64,000 bases of DNA from contig DCWQ01000006.1 in the NCBI GenBank assembly GCA_002328185.1, positions 14,047 to 78,046 of the forward strand, read 5' to 3'. Below the pieces are notes generated by a model. That model was not told the origin of the DNA. It worked only from the letters and a program-made list of their open reading frames with translations, and ran no database searches. Both the position numbers and the translations under genes were made by a program. The DNA comes from Dehalococcoidia bacterium UBA2158 (GTDB lineage Bacteria; Chloroflexota; Dehalococcoidia; Lucifugimonadales; UBA3495). Every line of letters begins with the position of its first letter. Position 1 is the stretch's first letter. This document shows positions 17,545-27,422 of the stretch, piece after piece.

Positions 17545-18597
17545 ATGCCTGTTTTCACGCCCGAATACCTGCACAAAGTCGCCTACCACATCTACCGCGC
17601 CAAGGGCACCCCAGAAGATGAAGCGGAGATCGTGGCCAGGCACCTGATCAAGGCCAATCTGTCTGGGCATGATTCACACGGGATCATACAGACGCCCACC
17701 TACGTCGAGCGTATCGACGTGGGGCATATCGTCCCCGGCGCCGAATTTGAGATAATTAAAGAGGCCCCTTGCACCGCCGTCATCGATGGCCACTGGGGCT
17801 TTGGATTCGTGCAGACCGAGAAGGCCACCCGCTTGGCCATCGAGAAGGCCAAGACCAACGGGGTAGGGGCCGTCACCGTCTGCCATCAGAGTCACATCGG
17901 CCGGCTGGGCGACTATCCCACCATGATGGCCGCCGAGGACATGATCGGGTTGATAACCGCCGACTCTGGTGCCGCGCCCAAACACGTCGCGCCCTTTGGC
18001 GGCATCGCCAGAAAACTGGGCACCAACCCCATGAGCATCGGAATGCCCAGCAACTTGGACGGACCGGTCCTGATGGACATGGCCTCCAGTACCGTGGCCT
18101 TGGGCAAGATCGCCCTGTCACGCAACCGGAAAGAACAAATACCCTTGGGCTGGATCGTAGACAAGGACGGCAACCCGACCACCGACCCCAACGACTATTA
18201 TTCTGGCGGGGCCATCCTGCCCGTTGGCGTCGACCAAGGCCACAAGGGTTACGCCCTCTCATTCATGGTGGAGGTCTTCTCTGGCCTGCTCACCGGGCTG
18301 GGCTTCGGCATCGACCCTGAAGGACGGCATAACGACGGCGTGTTCATCGCCGCCTTCAATCTGTCGCATTTCCGCGACGTAGCAGAGTTCAAGAAAGACA
18401 TGGGCGAGTTTGTGGAGTTCATCAAGGACTCACCCCCCGCTGCCGGGTTCACCGAGGTGCTCTATCCGGGCGAAATCGAGTGGAACAGGGAGCAGGCCCG
18501 CCGCAAAGAGGGCATCTTTGTGGAAGACGAGACCTGGGCGCAACTCGCCGACCTGATGAAATCGCTGGATATCGAATCAGAAGTGGGCCAGTCGTAA
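17545..18597 (+). CDS. Ldh_2-family (malate/L-lactate/sulfolactate dehydrogenase type 2) oxidoreductase
   Basis: 350 aa. SGHDSHGI, HWGFG, PFGG...LGTNP and GHKGYALS motifs are typical of the family. Confidence 0.8.
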   Translation: MPVFTPEYLHKVAYHIYRAKGTPEDEAEIVARHLIKANLSGHDSHGIIQTPTYVERIDVGHIVPGAEFEIIKEAPCTAVIDGHWGFGFVQTEKATRLAIEKAKTNGVGAVTVCHQSHIGRLGDYPTMMAAEDMIGLITADSGAAPKHVAPFGGIARKLGTNPMSIGMPSNLDGPVLMDMASSTVALGKIALSRNRKEQIPLGWIVDKDGNPTTDPNDYYSGGAILPVGVDQGHKGYALSFMVEVFSGLLTGLGFGIDPEGRHNDGVFIAAFNLSHFRDVAEFKKDMGEFVEFIKDSPPAAGFTEVLYPGEIEWNREQARRKEGIFVEDETWAQLADLMKSLDIESEVGQS

Positions 18598-18657
18598 TTC
18601 GTTTAGAAGCGACGTGGAATCGGAAATAGGCCAGCCGTAAATAGCTAGAGGAACTTA

Positions 18658-19275
18658 ATGAACGGTCAAGATATCAGGGAGACCTATCTGGAAGCGGGGG
18701 AGTTCTTCGCCAGCGTCGTCGACCAAGTGGACATCGACGGTTGGGACGAGCTTGCTCTGGGCGAGTGGTGCGCCCGCGATCTGACGGGACACACGTACCG
18801 CGCCTTTACAACCATCCTTAGCTACTCGGCGAAACCCGGCGACAAGGTTGACCTGGAGAGTCCGGTGGACTACTTCTTGAAAGCCTTCGAATCGCTGGCC
18901 GATCCCAAGATGGTGGCAGAGCGGGGTCGGGCCGCTGGGCTGGAGATCATCGACGACCCACGGATGATGGTTCGCGGCTTCGCCATGTACGTCAAAAACA
19001 AGCTGGGAGAACTGGCCGACGACTTCATATTGGCTACTCCGGTCGGCGGCATCCGGCTCATTGACTATCTGCCGACACGGACCTTTGAGCTGGTCATCCA
19101 CACCATGGACCTGGCCAAGGCCGTGGTGGTGGACGCCGAGCCTCCTGAAAAGGGCATGGCTGCAACGTTGGAGATACTGGGACAGATCGCCCTGCACCGA
19201 GGACATGCCTCAGACCTGGTCCTGGCTGCCACCGGACGAGGGGGCCTGCCGAACGGGTTTTCGGTGCTGCCCTAG
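18658..19275 (+). CDS. DinB-like / maleylpyruvate-isomerase N-terminal domain protein (TIGR03083-like)
   Basis: 205 aa. The W.ARDLTGH motif and the later TRTFELVIHTMDL motif are characteristic of the mycothiol-dependent MDMPI_N family. Confidence 0.6.
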   Translation: MNGQDIRETYLEAGEFFASVVDQVDIDGWDELALGEWCARDLTGHTYRAFTTILSYSAKPGDKVDLESPVDYFLKAFESLADPKMVAERGRAAGLEIIDDPRMMVRGFAMYVKNKLGELADDFILATPVGGIRLIDYLPTRTFELVIHTMDLAKAVVVDAEPPEKGMAATLEILGQIALHRGHASDLVLAATGRGGLPNGFSVLP

Positions 19276-19321
19276 AGCGGGTCTCGTGGTAAGGCACACA
19301 GTACGAAAATCGTAAACTGCG

Positions 19322-19350
19322 TTGCCCGGCTCAAGGCCATATGCTATAAT
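19322..19350 (+). promoter_or_regulatory. sigma-70-type promoter for rpsO-pnp
   Basis: TTGCCC (19322-19327), a 17-nt spacer containing TGC, then the consensus TATAAT (19345-19350). It lies ~48 nt upstream of the rpsO ATG and is followed by a GA-rich leader. Confidence 0.5.
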
Positions 19351-19397
19351 CTCCGCAACGTAAAAGAAGAGAAGAGAGAGAAGCAAGTACACACCTG

Positions 19398-19664
19398 ATG
19401 CTAGACGGAGATACTAAAGCGCGGATCATCAAGGAATACCAGATTAACGGCAAGGATACAGGCTCAGCCGAAGTCCAAGTCGCCGTGCTCACCGAAAATA
19501 TCAAGCAACTCACGGAACACCTAAGGGAACACAAGAAGGACGTCCACTCACGGCGCGGGCTTCTTGGTATGGTTTCCCAGAGGCGCAGACTCCTCAAGTA
19601 CCTCGACGCAGAAGACGTCACCCGGTACCAAACACTTATCGCCAGGCTTGGCCTGCGGCGTTAA
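19398..19664 (+). CDS. rpsO: 30S ribosomal protein S15
   Basis: 88 aa. [50 protein letters not shown] is the S15 signature. Confidence 0.95.
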   Translation: MLDGDTKARIIKEYQINGKDTGSAEVQVAVLTENIKQLTEHLREHKKDVHSRRGLLGMVSQRRRLLKYLDAEDVTRYQTLIARLGLRR

Positions 19665-19677
19665 GTCCTCTCAGAAC

Positions 19678-19703
19678 AACACCCTCTTTAGGGTGTTATT
19701 TCT
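19678..19703 (+). terminator. rpsO-pnp intergenic hairpin (attenuator/terminator or processing site)
   Basis: AACACCCT-CTTT-AGGGTGTT forms an 8-bp stem followed by ATTTCT. Its position is analogous to the rpsO terminator/RNase III hairpin upstream of pnp in other bacteria. Confidence 0.5.
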
Positions 19704-19770
19704 CGTCTAGCTCTCACCCCCATCTATCGATTGCGCACGTTATTTATTGCGAGGTTGCCCTAGGCATATT

Positions 19771-22026
19771 ATGGCTACAGAAATAGCTAATCCCACGTCG
19801 GTCACTAGCCAGGTCGGCGGCAAAACCCTAACCATCGAAACTGGAAAATTGGCTAACCAGGCCCACGGTAGTGTGACTGTCACCTACGGCGAGACCATTG
19901 TTCTCGTCACGGCGGTCATGTCCAGCAGACCCCGGGCGGAGGACATCGACTTCCTGCCCCTAACGGTCGACTACGAAGAGAGGATGTACTCCGTTGGAAA
20001 GATTCCGGGGAGTTTCTTCCGCCGGGAAGGCCGCCCCGGACAGGACGGCATCCTGGCCTCCAGACTCACCGACCGTTCCATCAGGCCCCTTTTCCCCAAA
20101 GGTCTGCACAATGACATTCAAATCACCCTGACGATTCTTTCGTCCGACATGGAGAACCCGCCCGAGGTCTTGGGCATGATTGGCGCATCAGCCGCCATAT
20201 CCATATCCCAGATTCCCTTCAACGGCCCCATTGCCTCCTGCCGCATCGCCTATATAGGCGGGGAATACATCATTCACCCAACCTATGAGCAGACCAGTGA
20301 GAGCACGTTGAGCATGGTGGTCAGTAGCTCCCGCGACGCCGTCCTAATGGTCGAGGCGGGCGCAAATGAGGTCTCCGAGGAAGTGATCCTTGAGGCGATC
20401 GGCAAGGCCCAAGAGGCCAACACGGCCACCATCAATATGATCGAAGACCTGACCGGCAGGGTCGGGAAGCCCAAGGCTGAAGTCGAATACGACTATGCCG
20501 GCGCCGATGCCTTGGTCGCCAAGGTCAAAGAGGTAGTCGGATCCCGCTGGAGCGATCTGCTCGGCAACAACCCCGGCATGTACGAGATGGACGACGGTGA
20601 GCACGAGATCTCGGCGTTGGTCACCGAAGCCCTGAAAGACGATTACTCCAAGAACGCCATTGGAGACGCCTTCAAAGTCGTGTTCCGGGAGGCCGTTCGA
20701 GGCCGCATCCTGCAGGAACACGTGCGTTCAGACGGACGGGCCATGGACCAGGTCCGCCCAATCACCTGCGACACCGGCATCCTGCCCCGCACCCACGGCA
20801 CGGGACTCTTCACCCGGGGCGAGACCCAGGTGCTGTCCATCGTGACAGTGGGCTCCCTGAGCTTGAAACAGACCATTGACTCCGTCGGACCGGAAAACAC
20901 CCGGCGGTTCATGCACCATTACAACTTCCCGTCCTACTCCACCGGCGAAGCCCGGCGAGCCATGTCCCCCGGACGCCGCGAGATTGGACACGGGGCGTTG
21001 GCCGAGCGGGCGATCGCGCCCGTCCTGCCTTCCGAAGACGAATTCCCCTACGCCATCCGGATCGTTTCCGAGTGCCTGAGCTCCAATGGCAGTACCTCCA
21101 TGGGTAGTGTTTGCGGTAGCTCGCTAAGCCTGATGGACGCCGGCATTCCGATCAAAGCCCCGGTGGCGGGAATCGCCATGGGCCTGATCACCGGCGACGA
21201 CGGCCAGTACGCCATCCTCAGCGACATCCAGGGAATCGAAGATTTCCTGGGCGACATGGACTTCAAGGTGGCGGGCACCTCCGAAGGCGTGAATGCCCTC
21301 CAGATGGACGTCAAGACCACTCATCTGACCCCAGGCATCCTGAAGGAAGCCTTGGAGCAAGCGCGCCAGGGCCGCATGCACATCATGGGCAAGATGAACG
21401 AGGCCATCGCCGAGGTCCGCGGACAGATGAGCGAACACGCTCCCAAGATGGTCCGCATGAAGATCGAAGTTAGCAAGATCGGCGCTCTCATCGGCCCTGG
21501 CGGCCGGGTGATTCGCGCCATCATCGAAGAGACCGGCACCAGCATAAACGTGGAAGACGACGGCTCAGTGACCATCGGCGGCGTAGATTCCGCCATGCTG
21601 GAGCTGGCCGAGTCCAGGGTAGACGCCCTAACCCGCAATTTGGCCATCGGCGACATATTCACCGGCAAGGTGGTTCGCTTGACCAACTTTGGCGCCTTCG
21701 TGGAACTAGTCCCCGGCAAGGACGGCCTGATTCGCAACGGCGACCTAGGCGACATGGAAGAAGACCTCGCCGAGGGCCAAGAGCTCACGGTAATCATCCG
21801 CGAGATCGACTCCCAGGGAAGGGTAAACCTGTCCCGCAAGGCCCTGTTTGGCGACGACAGTCCTTCGGAACCCCGGCCCGCGCCCAGCGACGGTTTCAAC
21901 CGTGGCGGCGACAGGGGCGGACGCGGCGGAGACCGTGGCGGCCGTGGACCCGGCGGACCCGGTCGTGGACCCGGAGGCCCTGGCGGCGGATCTAGTGGCG
22001 GAGGACGCTTCCAAGGCGGCCGCTAA
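19771..22026 (+). CDS. pnp: polyribonucleotide nucleotidyltransferase (PNPase) with a Gly/Arg-rich C-terminal tail
   Basis: Two RNase PH domains, then KH (KIGALIGPGGRVIRAI) and S1 (GDIFTGKVVRLTNFGAFVEL) domains. I chose the ATG at 19771 (MATEIANP) over the track TTG at 19747. Confidence 0.95.
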   Translation: MATEIANPTSVTSQVGGKTLTIETGKLANQAHGSVTVTYGETIVLVTAVMSSRPRAEDIDFLPLTVDYEERMYSVGKIPGSFFRREGRPGQDGILASRLTDRSIRPLFPKGLHNDIQITLTILSSDMENPPEVLGMIGASAAISISQIPFNGPIASCRIAYIGGEYIIHPTYEQTSESTLSMVVSSSRDAVLMVEAGANEVSEEVILEAIGKAQEANTATINMIEDLTGRVGKPKAEVEYDYAGADALVAKVKEVVGSRWSDLLGNNPGMYEMDDGEHEISALVTEALKDDYSKNAIGDAFKVVFREAVRGRILQEHVRSDGRAMDQVRPITCDTGILPRTHGTGLFTRGETQVLSIVTVGSLSLKQTIDSVGPENTRRFMHHYNFPSYSTGEARRAMSPGRREIGHGALAERAIAPVLPSEDEFPYAIRIVSECLSSNGSTSMGSVCGSSLSLMDAGIPIKAPVAGIAMGLITGDDGQYAILSDIQGIEDFLGDMDFKVAGTSEGVNALQMDVKTTHLTPGILKEALEQARQGRMHIMGKMNEAIAEVRGQMSEHAPKMVRMKIEVSKIGALIGPGGRVIRAIIEETGTSINVEDDGSVTIGGVDSAMLELAESRVDALTRNLAIGDIFTGKVVRLTNFGAFVELVPGKDGLIRNGDLGDMEEDLAEGQELTVIIREIDSQGRVNLSRKALFGDDSPSEPRPAPSDGFNRGGDRGGRGGDRGGRGPGGPGRGPGGPGGGSSGGGRFQGGR

Positions 22027-22051
22027 TAGCACACCGGTTAACTAGCACACC

Positions 22052-22095
22052 AAAAGCCCCTTCACTCTAAGGAACGAAGGGGCTTTTTATTTTTC
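22052..22095 (+). terminator. intrinsic terminator after pnp
   Basis: AAAAGCCCCTTC-loop-GAAGGGGC followed by TTTTTATTTTT. Confidence 0.8.
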
Positions 22096-22308
22096 CGGAA
22101 TTCCGGCTGCGTGCTATTATCAGAGTGGGACTGGCTGGGCGGTTCGGGCTTATGCGGAGAGGTGGTTCGACGGGGCTCACCACGAACAGAACTAGGGCAA
22201 GAACGATTTCCAAACACCATCGTTCGTCCTAAGCCCCGTCGAAGGGCGCGCATCCGTGAAGTTTTTCGTGACCGCGACCCGCCCAGCAAAGCCCCGGTAG
22301 GAGCAATC

Positions 22309-23100
22309 ATGGCGGAAATAAAAGTTGTAATCAGCGGCATGACTGGCAAGATGGGCCTTGAGACTCTGGCCGCTGTCTCGAGAGAGTCCGACCTTGAACT
22401 GGTCGGCGGTTCTCGCAGACAGGAAGGGGGTTGGCCAACGATCGGCACTCCGTACAGTACGGCTGTCCCCATCTCCACCGACATCGACTCCATATTGGAA
22501 CAAACCAAGCCCGACGTGATGGTGGACTTCACCAACGCCGCCGTGGCGATGGAAGCCGCAGCCTTGGCGGCGGCCCGGAAGATCAACATCGTCATGGGCG
22601 CCAGTGGGTTCTCGGAAGACCAGCTTATACAGCTCGACGTCATGGCCAACGACAACGGCGTCGGCATCATCGTCGCGCCCAACTTCGCCCTCGGGGCCAT
22701 CGTCCTCAAGAAGCTGGTCGAGCAGGCCGCGCCCTACTTCGACTACGTGGACATCATCGAGTCCCACCACGAAGCCAAGATAGACTCGCCCTCCGGGTTT
22801 GCGCTGGCCTTGATGCGCAGCCTGGGTGAGAACAAGCAGTTCACCCGTAACCAGCCGGAGAAAGAGAACCTGGCCAACACCCGGGGCGGGGAGCACAACG
22901 GGATATCGATCCACAGCATCCGCATGCCCGGCAAGAGCGCCCACCACGAGGTAATCTTCGGCGCGGCGGGGCAGACCGTGTCCCTGCGCCACGACACCCT
23001 GGACCGGAGCTGTTACATGCCCGGCGTGGTGCGTTGCATCCGCGACGTTGTAGCTAATCCGGGCCTTGTGATAGGCTTGGAGAACGTGCTCGGCCTTTAG
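22309..23100 (+). CDS. dapB: 4-hydroxy-tetrahydrodipicolinate reductase
   Basis: MAEIKVVISGMTGKMG Rossmann start, plus ESHHEAKIDSPSG and the C-terminal LRHDT motifs. The start is the ATG at 22309 after GGTAGGAG; the track ORF start at 22111 is an upstream extension. Confidence 0.9.
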   Translation: MAEIKVVISGMTGKMGLETLAAVSRESDLELVGGSRRQEGGWPTIGTPYSTAVPISTDIDSILEQTKPDVMVDFTNAAVAMEAAALAAARKINIVMGASGFSEDQLIQLDVMANDNGVGIIVAPNFALGAIVLKKLVEQAAPYFDYVDIIESHHEAKIDSPSGFALALMRSLGENKQFTRNQPEKENLANTRGGEHNGISIHSIRMPGKSAHHEVIFGAAGQTVSLRHDTLDRSCYMPGVVRCIRDVVANPGLVIGLENVLGL

Positions 23101-23142
23101 TCGCAATTTAGGCATGAATTTTGAGTAAATAGAGAACCACCA

Positions 23143-24186
23143 GTGCATGACCTAACCATCGCCGTAGTAGGCGCCACCGGGGCGGTGGGCGCTGAATTTC
23201 TCCGCATCGTTGAAACCCGCTATCCCAACTTGCCCAAGCTGAAGTTGCTGGCTTCCAGGCGCTCGGCCGGCAAGCACATCACAGTGGGCGGGAAGGCCTT
23301 CGTTGTGGAAGAAGCGACCGAGAAGTCTTTTGACGGTGTGGACGTGGCTTTCATATCAGCCAGTTCGGAGGTCAGCAAGACGTTGGCCCCGGCGGCGGTG
23401 GCCGCGGGCGCGGTGGTGATAGATGACGGTTCCGCCCACCGAATGGAAGTCACGGTTCCGCTAGTCGTGCCAGAGGTTAACGGCGCTGACGTTGAATGGC
23501 ACCAGGGAATTATATCTATCCCCAACTGCTCCACCACTCCTTTGGTGATGGCCGCACATCCCTTGCATCAGGTTAATCCCATCAAACGCATCGTGGCTGA
23601 CACCTACCAATCGGTGTCGGGAGCGGGCGGTGGTGCCATGGCCGACCTGAGGGAGCAGTCAGAACGGCTGATGGACGCCGACTCCAACACCAGTAAGTCG
23701 GGTAAGGGTCAGATCGCCTATAACGTGGTGCCCCAGATAGACCGGTTCCTGGACACTGGCTACACCTTCGAAGAACAGAAGATGCGGCAGGAGTCGCAGA
23801 AGATACTGCACGCCCCGGAGATAGCGATCTCGGCCACCTGCGTGCGGGTGCCGGTGTACATCTCCCATTCGGCGTCGGTGCACATCGAGTTCACCCGGCC
23901 GATGCCCGTGGACGAGGCCAGGGAGCTTCTGGCTGCCATGCCCGGCATGACCGTGCTGGGCAACCCCGACGGTGGCGAATACCCCATGCCCTGGGACGTG
24001 GCCGGCGAGGACGACGTGTTCGTGGGACGCATCCGCCAGGACCTGTCCCACCCTAATGGCTTGGTGCTGTGGATCGTTTCCGACAACCTGCGCAAAGGCG
24101 CGGCGCTAAACTCTCTTCAGATTGCCGAAGAACTGGTTTCACGGGGCCGCCTGAAACCAAATCACACCGGCGGAGTGACGACCTAG
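23143..24186 (+). CDS. asd: aspartate-semialdehyde dehydrogenase
   Basis: 347 aa. VVGATGAVG, the active-site IPNCSTT and SVSGAG motifs are present. Confidence 0.92.
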   Translation: MHDLTIAVVGATGAVGAEFLRIVETRYPNLPKLKLLASRRSAGKHITVGGKAFVVEEATEKSFDGVDVAFISASSEVSKTLAPAAVAAGAVVIDDGSAHRMEVTVPLVVPEVNGADVEWHQGIISIPNCSTTPLVMAAHPLHQVNPIKRIVADTYQSVSGAGGGAMADLREQSERLMDADSNTSKSGKGQIAYNVVPQIDRFLDTGYTFEEQKMRQESQKILHAPEIAISATCVRVPVYISHSASVHIEFTRPMPVDEARELLAAMPGMTVLGNPDGGEYPMPWDVAGEDDVFVGRIRQDLSHPNGLVLWIVSDNLRKGAALNSLQIAEELVSRGRLKPNHTGGVTT

Positions 24187-24220
24187 GGCCGTACAACGGT
24201 GGTTAGGGACAATCTGTGAG

Positions 24221-24246
24221 ACGGCCCGATTCTGGCCGTTTTTATT
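24221..24246 (+). terminator. intrinsic terminator after asd
   Basis: ACGGCC-CGATTCT-GGCCGT followed by TTTTTATT. Confidence 0.55.
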
Positions 24247-24344
24247 GCCTGGCTCCAGGGGGGTGCGATGTCAGGTATTCGCGGGTATAATGCAACGAAT
24301 CCAAGGCCCAGATGCTTCTATGGAACGGAATATAGGAGGCGGAC

Positions 24345-25238
24345 ATGGCAGAGATAGGTAGACTTCTCACAGCGATGGTTACTCCCTTCGACGACAAGGG
24401 CGCGGTCGACTTTGAGCAGGCCAAGAAGCTCGCCCATGCCCTTCTTGACTCGGGCAGCGACGGCGTCGTCCTGTCCGGCACCACCGGCGAATCGCCCACG
24501 CTCACCACCGACGAGAAGATGCGCCTTTTCAGCGAGGTCAAACAATCGATCGGTGACAAGGGCGTGGTCATAGCCGGCACCGGCACCTACAACACCGCCG
24601 AGAGCATCGAGCTCAGCCAGGAAGCTGAGAAGCAGGGCGTCGACGGCCTGTTGCTCGTGGTGCCTTACTACAACAAACCCCCGCAACAAGGAATCTACCA
24701 GCACTTCAAGGCGATCGCAGGCAAGACTAACCTTCCCTGCATCGTCTACAACATCATGGGCCGTACCGGCGTAAACATGACTGACGAGACGACGCTGCGG
24801 TTGAGCAAGATCGATAACATCATAGGCACGAAAGAAGCCAGCGGCGACATGAACCAGATCGCCCGCATCATTCAAACCGCGCCCGACTTCAAAGTCTGGA
24901 GCGGCGACGACAACCAGACATTCTTGATCATGTCCATGGGCGGCTATGGCGTAGTTAGCGTGGTGTCCCACCTGGTTGGTAACCAGATCAAGCACATGAT
25001 GGGTCTGCTGTTGGAGGGCGACATCGAGGGCGCCGCCACAGAGCACCGCCGTCTGCTCCCCATCTTCCTGGGTATGTTCGTCGAGTCCAACCCTATTCCC
25101 GTGAAGTACGCAGTGAACCGCGTTGGCATCAAAGTTGGAGACCCTAGGTTGCCCATGATTCCGCCTAGTGACATGGCCATAGGCCAGATCGAGAAGTTGC
25201 TGAACGAATTCGAGATCGACCTGCCGGTCTCACTCTAA
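24345..25238 (+). CDS. dapA: 4-hydroxy-tetrahydrodipicolinate synthase
   Basis: 297 aa. TAMVTPF, GTTGESPTL, YYNKP and the Schiff-base Lys region IIGTKEASG are present. Confidence 0.92.
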   Translation: MAEIGRLLTAMVTPFDDKGAVDFEQAKKLAHALLDSGSDGVVLSGTTGESPTLTTDEKMRLFSEVKQSIGDKGVVIAGTGTYNTAESIELSQEAEKQGVDGLLLVVPYYNKPPQQGIYQHFKAIAGKTNLPCIVYNIMGRTGVNMTDETTLRLSKIDNIIGTKEASGDMNQIARIIQTAPDFKVWSGDDNQTFLIMSMGGYGVVSVVSHLVGNQIKHMMGLLLEGDIEGAATEHRRLLPIFLGMFVESNPIPVKYAVNRVGIKVGDPRLPMIPPSDMAIGQIEKLLNEFEIDLPVSL

Positions 25239-25268
25239 GCATTACCAGGTTAAGTAGAAGTAAATCAG

Positions 25269-25305
25269 AAAATCCCCAGCGTACCTGGTACGCCGGGGAT
25301 TTTTG
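25269..25305. terminator. bidirectional terminator between dapA (+) and purA (-)
   Basis: AAAATCCCCAGCGTACC/GGTACGCCGGGGATTTTT is a near-perfect palindrome with A/T runs on both sides. Confidence 0.7.
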
Positions 25306-25387
25306 TCATCACCGTCTTGCCGGGAAGCGATTGGATTGCGAACGCGACAGCGGGTTGAAAACCCGTGCCTACGGGTTGGACGGCAGC

Positions 25388-26674
25388 CTACGTAAAGACC
25401 GGTTCCACCTGGATGGTCTCTTCCCGTCTGGGGCCGGTGGATATGATCTGGACCTTGCAACCAACCAACTCTTCGATGCGTTTGACGTAGGCCAAAGCGT
25501 TCTTGGGAAGCTCAGACAGCTTGGTGGCGCTGGCGGTGGGTTTGTCCCAACCGGACAGTTCCTCGTAGATCGGTTCGCAGCGGGCCAGTAGACCGGTGTT
25601 GGCCGGGAACCTGTCTAGGCGCTCTCCATTCACTTCGTAACCGATGCAGACTTTTACCGAATCGAACTCGTCGAGGATGTCGAGGCGGGTCAGCACGATC
25701 CCTGTGAACCCGTTGACCAACTGGCTGTATTTGGCGGCTACACCGTCGAACCAGCCGATGCGCCGGGCCCGGCCGGTGGTTACGCCGAACTCCTGGGCTT
25801 TCTGGCGGATCTCCTCAGCTTCTTCGTCAGTGATCTCTGAGGGCATGGGTCCGCCGCCCACCCGAGTAGAGTAGGCCTTGAACACGCCGAGCACGCCCTT
25901 GATGGCCTGAGGGTTCAGTCCCAGCCCGGTGCAGGCGCCGCCGATGGACGGAGATGACGAGGTTACGTATGGGTAGGACCCGTGGTCGATGTCCAGAAGG
26001 GTGCCTTGGGCGCCCTCCAGCAAAACCTTTTTGCCTTGGGCCAGTAAGTCCTGGACCAGTTGTTCGGTCGCCTTTGTGTAAGGGGCCATCTGTTCGGCCC
26101 AGCGGCGGCACTTGGCCAGAACTTCGTCCATAATCAGGGCCTCGCCGCCGTAGATCTTGGTGATCAAGGCGTTCTTGTGCTTCAGCAACTGTTCCACCAT
26201 GGGAACCAGCGCTTCCCAGTCCAAGAGGTCGCCGACGCGGATGCCCATACGGCCCGTCTTGTCCATGTAGGCGGGGCCGATACCGCGGCCGGTGGTGCCG
26301 ATGGCTCCCTCGCCGCGGGATTCCTCTTCCAGGCGGTCAAGGACAATGTGATACGGCATTATCACGTGGGCGCGTTCGCTGATGAAGAGCTTGCTGGTGT
26401 CGATGCCCCGTGATGCGATCTCGGTCAGTTCGCTGACCAGTACGTCGGGGTCCACGACCACGCCGTTGCCGATGATTCCATAGACATCCGGCCAGCAGAT
26501 GCCAGACGGCACCAAGTGCAGTTGAAAAGTGCCCTTATCGTTGACGACAGTATGTCCGGCGTTATTGCCGCCTGCATAACGGACTACGCCGTCAACGTCC
26601 CCGGCAAGATAGTCGATGATCTTCCCCTTGCCTTCGTCACCCCATTGGCCACCAATAACGGCGTATGCCGGCAT
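25388..26674 (-). CDS. purA: adenylosuccinate synthase
   Basis: 428 aa. The GGQWGDEGKGK P-loop, GNNAGHT and TTGRGIGPAY motifs are present. Confidence 0.95.
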   Translation of the reverse strand: MPAYAVIGGQWGDEGKGKIIDYLAGDVDGVVRYAGGNNAGHTVVNDKGTFQLHLVPSGICWPDVYGIIGNGVVVDPDVLVSELTEIASRGIDTSKLFISERAHVIMPYHIVLDRLEEESRGEGAIGTTGRGIGPAYMDKTGRMGIRVGDLLDWEALVPMVEQLLKHKNALITKIYGGEALIMDEVLAKCRRWAEQMAPYTKATEQLVQDLLAQGKKVLLEGAQGTLLDIDHGSYPYVTSSSPSIGGACTGLGLNPQAIKGVLGVFKAYSTRVGGGPMPSEITDEEAEEIRQKAQEFGVTTGRARRIGWFDGVAAKYSQLVNGFTGIVLTRLDILDEFDSVKVCIGYEVNGERLDRFPANTGLLARCEPIYEELSGWDKPTASATKLSELPKNALAYVKRIEELVGCKVQIISTGPRREETIQVEPVFT

Positions 26675-26855
26675 CCTAATAGCCCGCCTTACAAAAAAAC
26701 ATACTCGTCCCCAGGTTTGGGAAAGAGCTACACGAGTATAGCAAAATCATTTTCCTCGGGAAAGTGAAGGCAAGCAAGGAAGCAAAGCCCCGTTTACTAC
26801 CGGCTTCGGGTGAACCGGATGCTAAAAAGGGTAATTTCTTGCTTCGTAGCCCACA

Positions 26856-26885
26856 TTGACACACAATTTCGACGCCAACTATAAT
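26856..26885 (+). promoter_or_regulatory. sigma-70-type promoter upstream of the yqeY-like/purQ operon
   Basis: Consensus TTGACA (26856-26861), an 18-nt spacer, then the consensus TATAAT (26880-26885). It lies ~85 nt upstream of the ATG at 26969. Confidence 0.5.
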
Positions 26886-26968
26886 CCCCGCGCCCCGCCC
26901 AAGCGGTAGAATGGAGGCGTAGCCTCTTTTCGCATAACAAGCAACCACAGCAGGATCGGATTACTATC

Positions 26969-27421
26969 ATGCCCCTCAGAGAGAAACTGGAAGAAGATAT
27001 CAAGTCATCCATGCGCAGCCACGACCAGGCACGCTTGGATGCCCTGCGTTTCCTAAAATTCGCCGTGCAGGCGGTCGAGAAAGAACAGAAGAAAGAACTG
27101 GACGACGCCGGGATGATCGAGGTGGCCACCAAACAGGCCAGCGACCGCCGCGACAGCATCAAGGCATTCGAGGAAGGCGGACGTGACACCATGGCGGCCA
27201 AAGAGGCCGCGGAGCTGGTGGTCCTACAAGAATTCCTCCCGCCCCAGATGCCTGCTGAAGAGATCATGAAGTTGATAAAAGACACCGTCGCCGAGGTTGG
27301 CGCCACTTCCATTCAGGACAAGGGCAAGCTGATGGGCAAGCTCATGCCCCAGGTACGGGGCAAAGCCGACGGCACGGTGGTGAACGAGATGGCCACCAAG
27401 TACCTGGAGTCTTTAGCCTAA
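26969..27421 (+). CDS. GatB/YqeY domain protein
   Basis: 150 aa. LREKLEEDIKSSMRSHDQARLDALRFL and GKADG..VN are typical of YqeY. Confidence 0.8.
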   Translation: MPLREKLEEDIKSSMRSHDQARLDALRFLKFAVQAVEKEQKKELDDAGMIEVATKQASDRRDSIKAFEEGGRDTMAAKEAAELVVLQEFLPPQMPAEEIMKLIKDTVAEVGATSIQDKGKLMGKLMPQVRGKADGTVVNEMATKYLESLA

Positions 27422-27422
27422 T

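Noticed and set aside
17036-17545. Integrated element at the tRNA-Pro/tRNA-Arg pair
   Set aside because: I found no integrase, no direct repeat of a tRNA 3' end and no compositional break. The flanking genes are ordinary metabolic genes.
22096-22308. About 200-nt structured leader upstream of dapB-asd as a possible lysine (L-box) riboswitch
   Set aside because: Several short hairpins exist (for example GAACGAT/ATCGTTC), but I could not recognise the conserved L-box junction sequences. An Infernal scan is needed. The track ORF extension covering this leader is an artefact.
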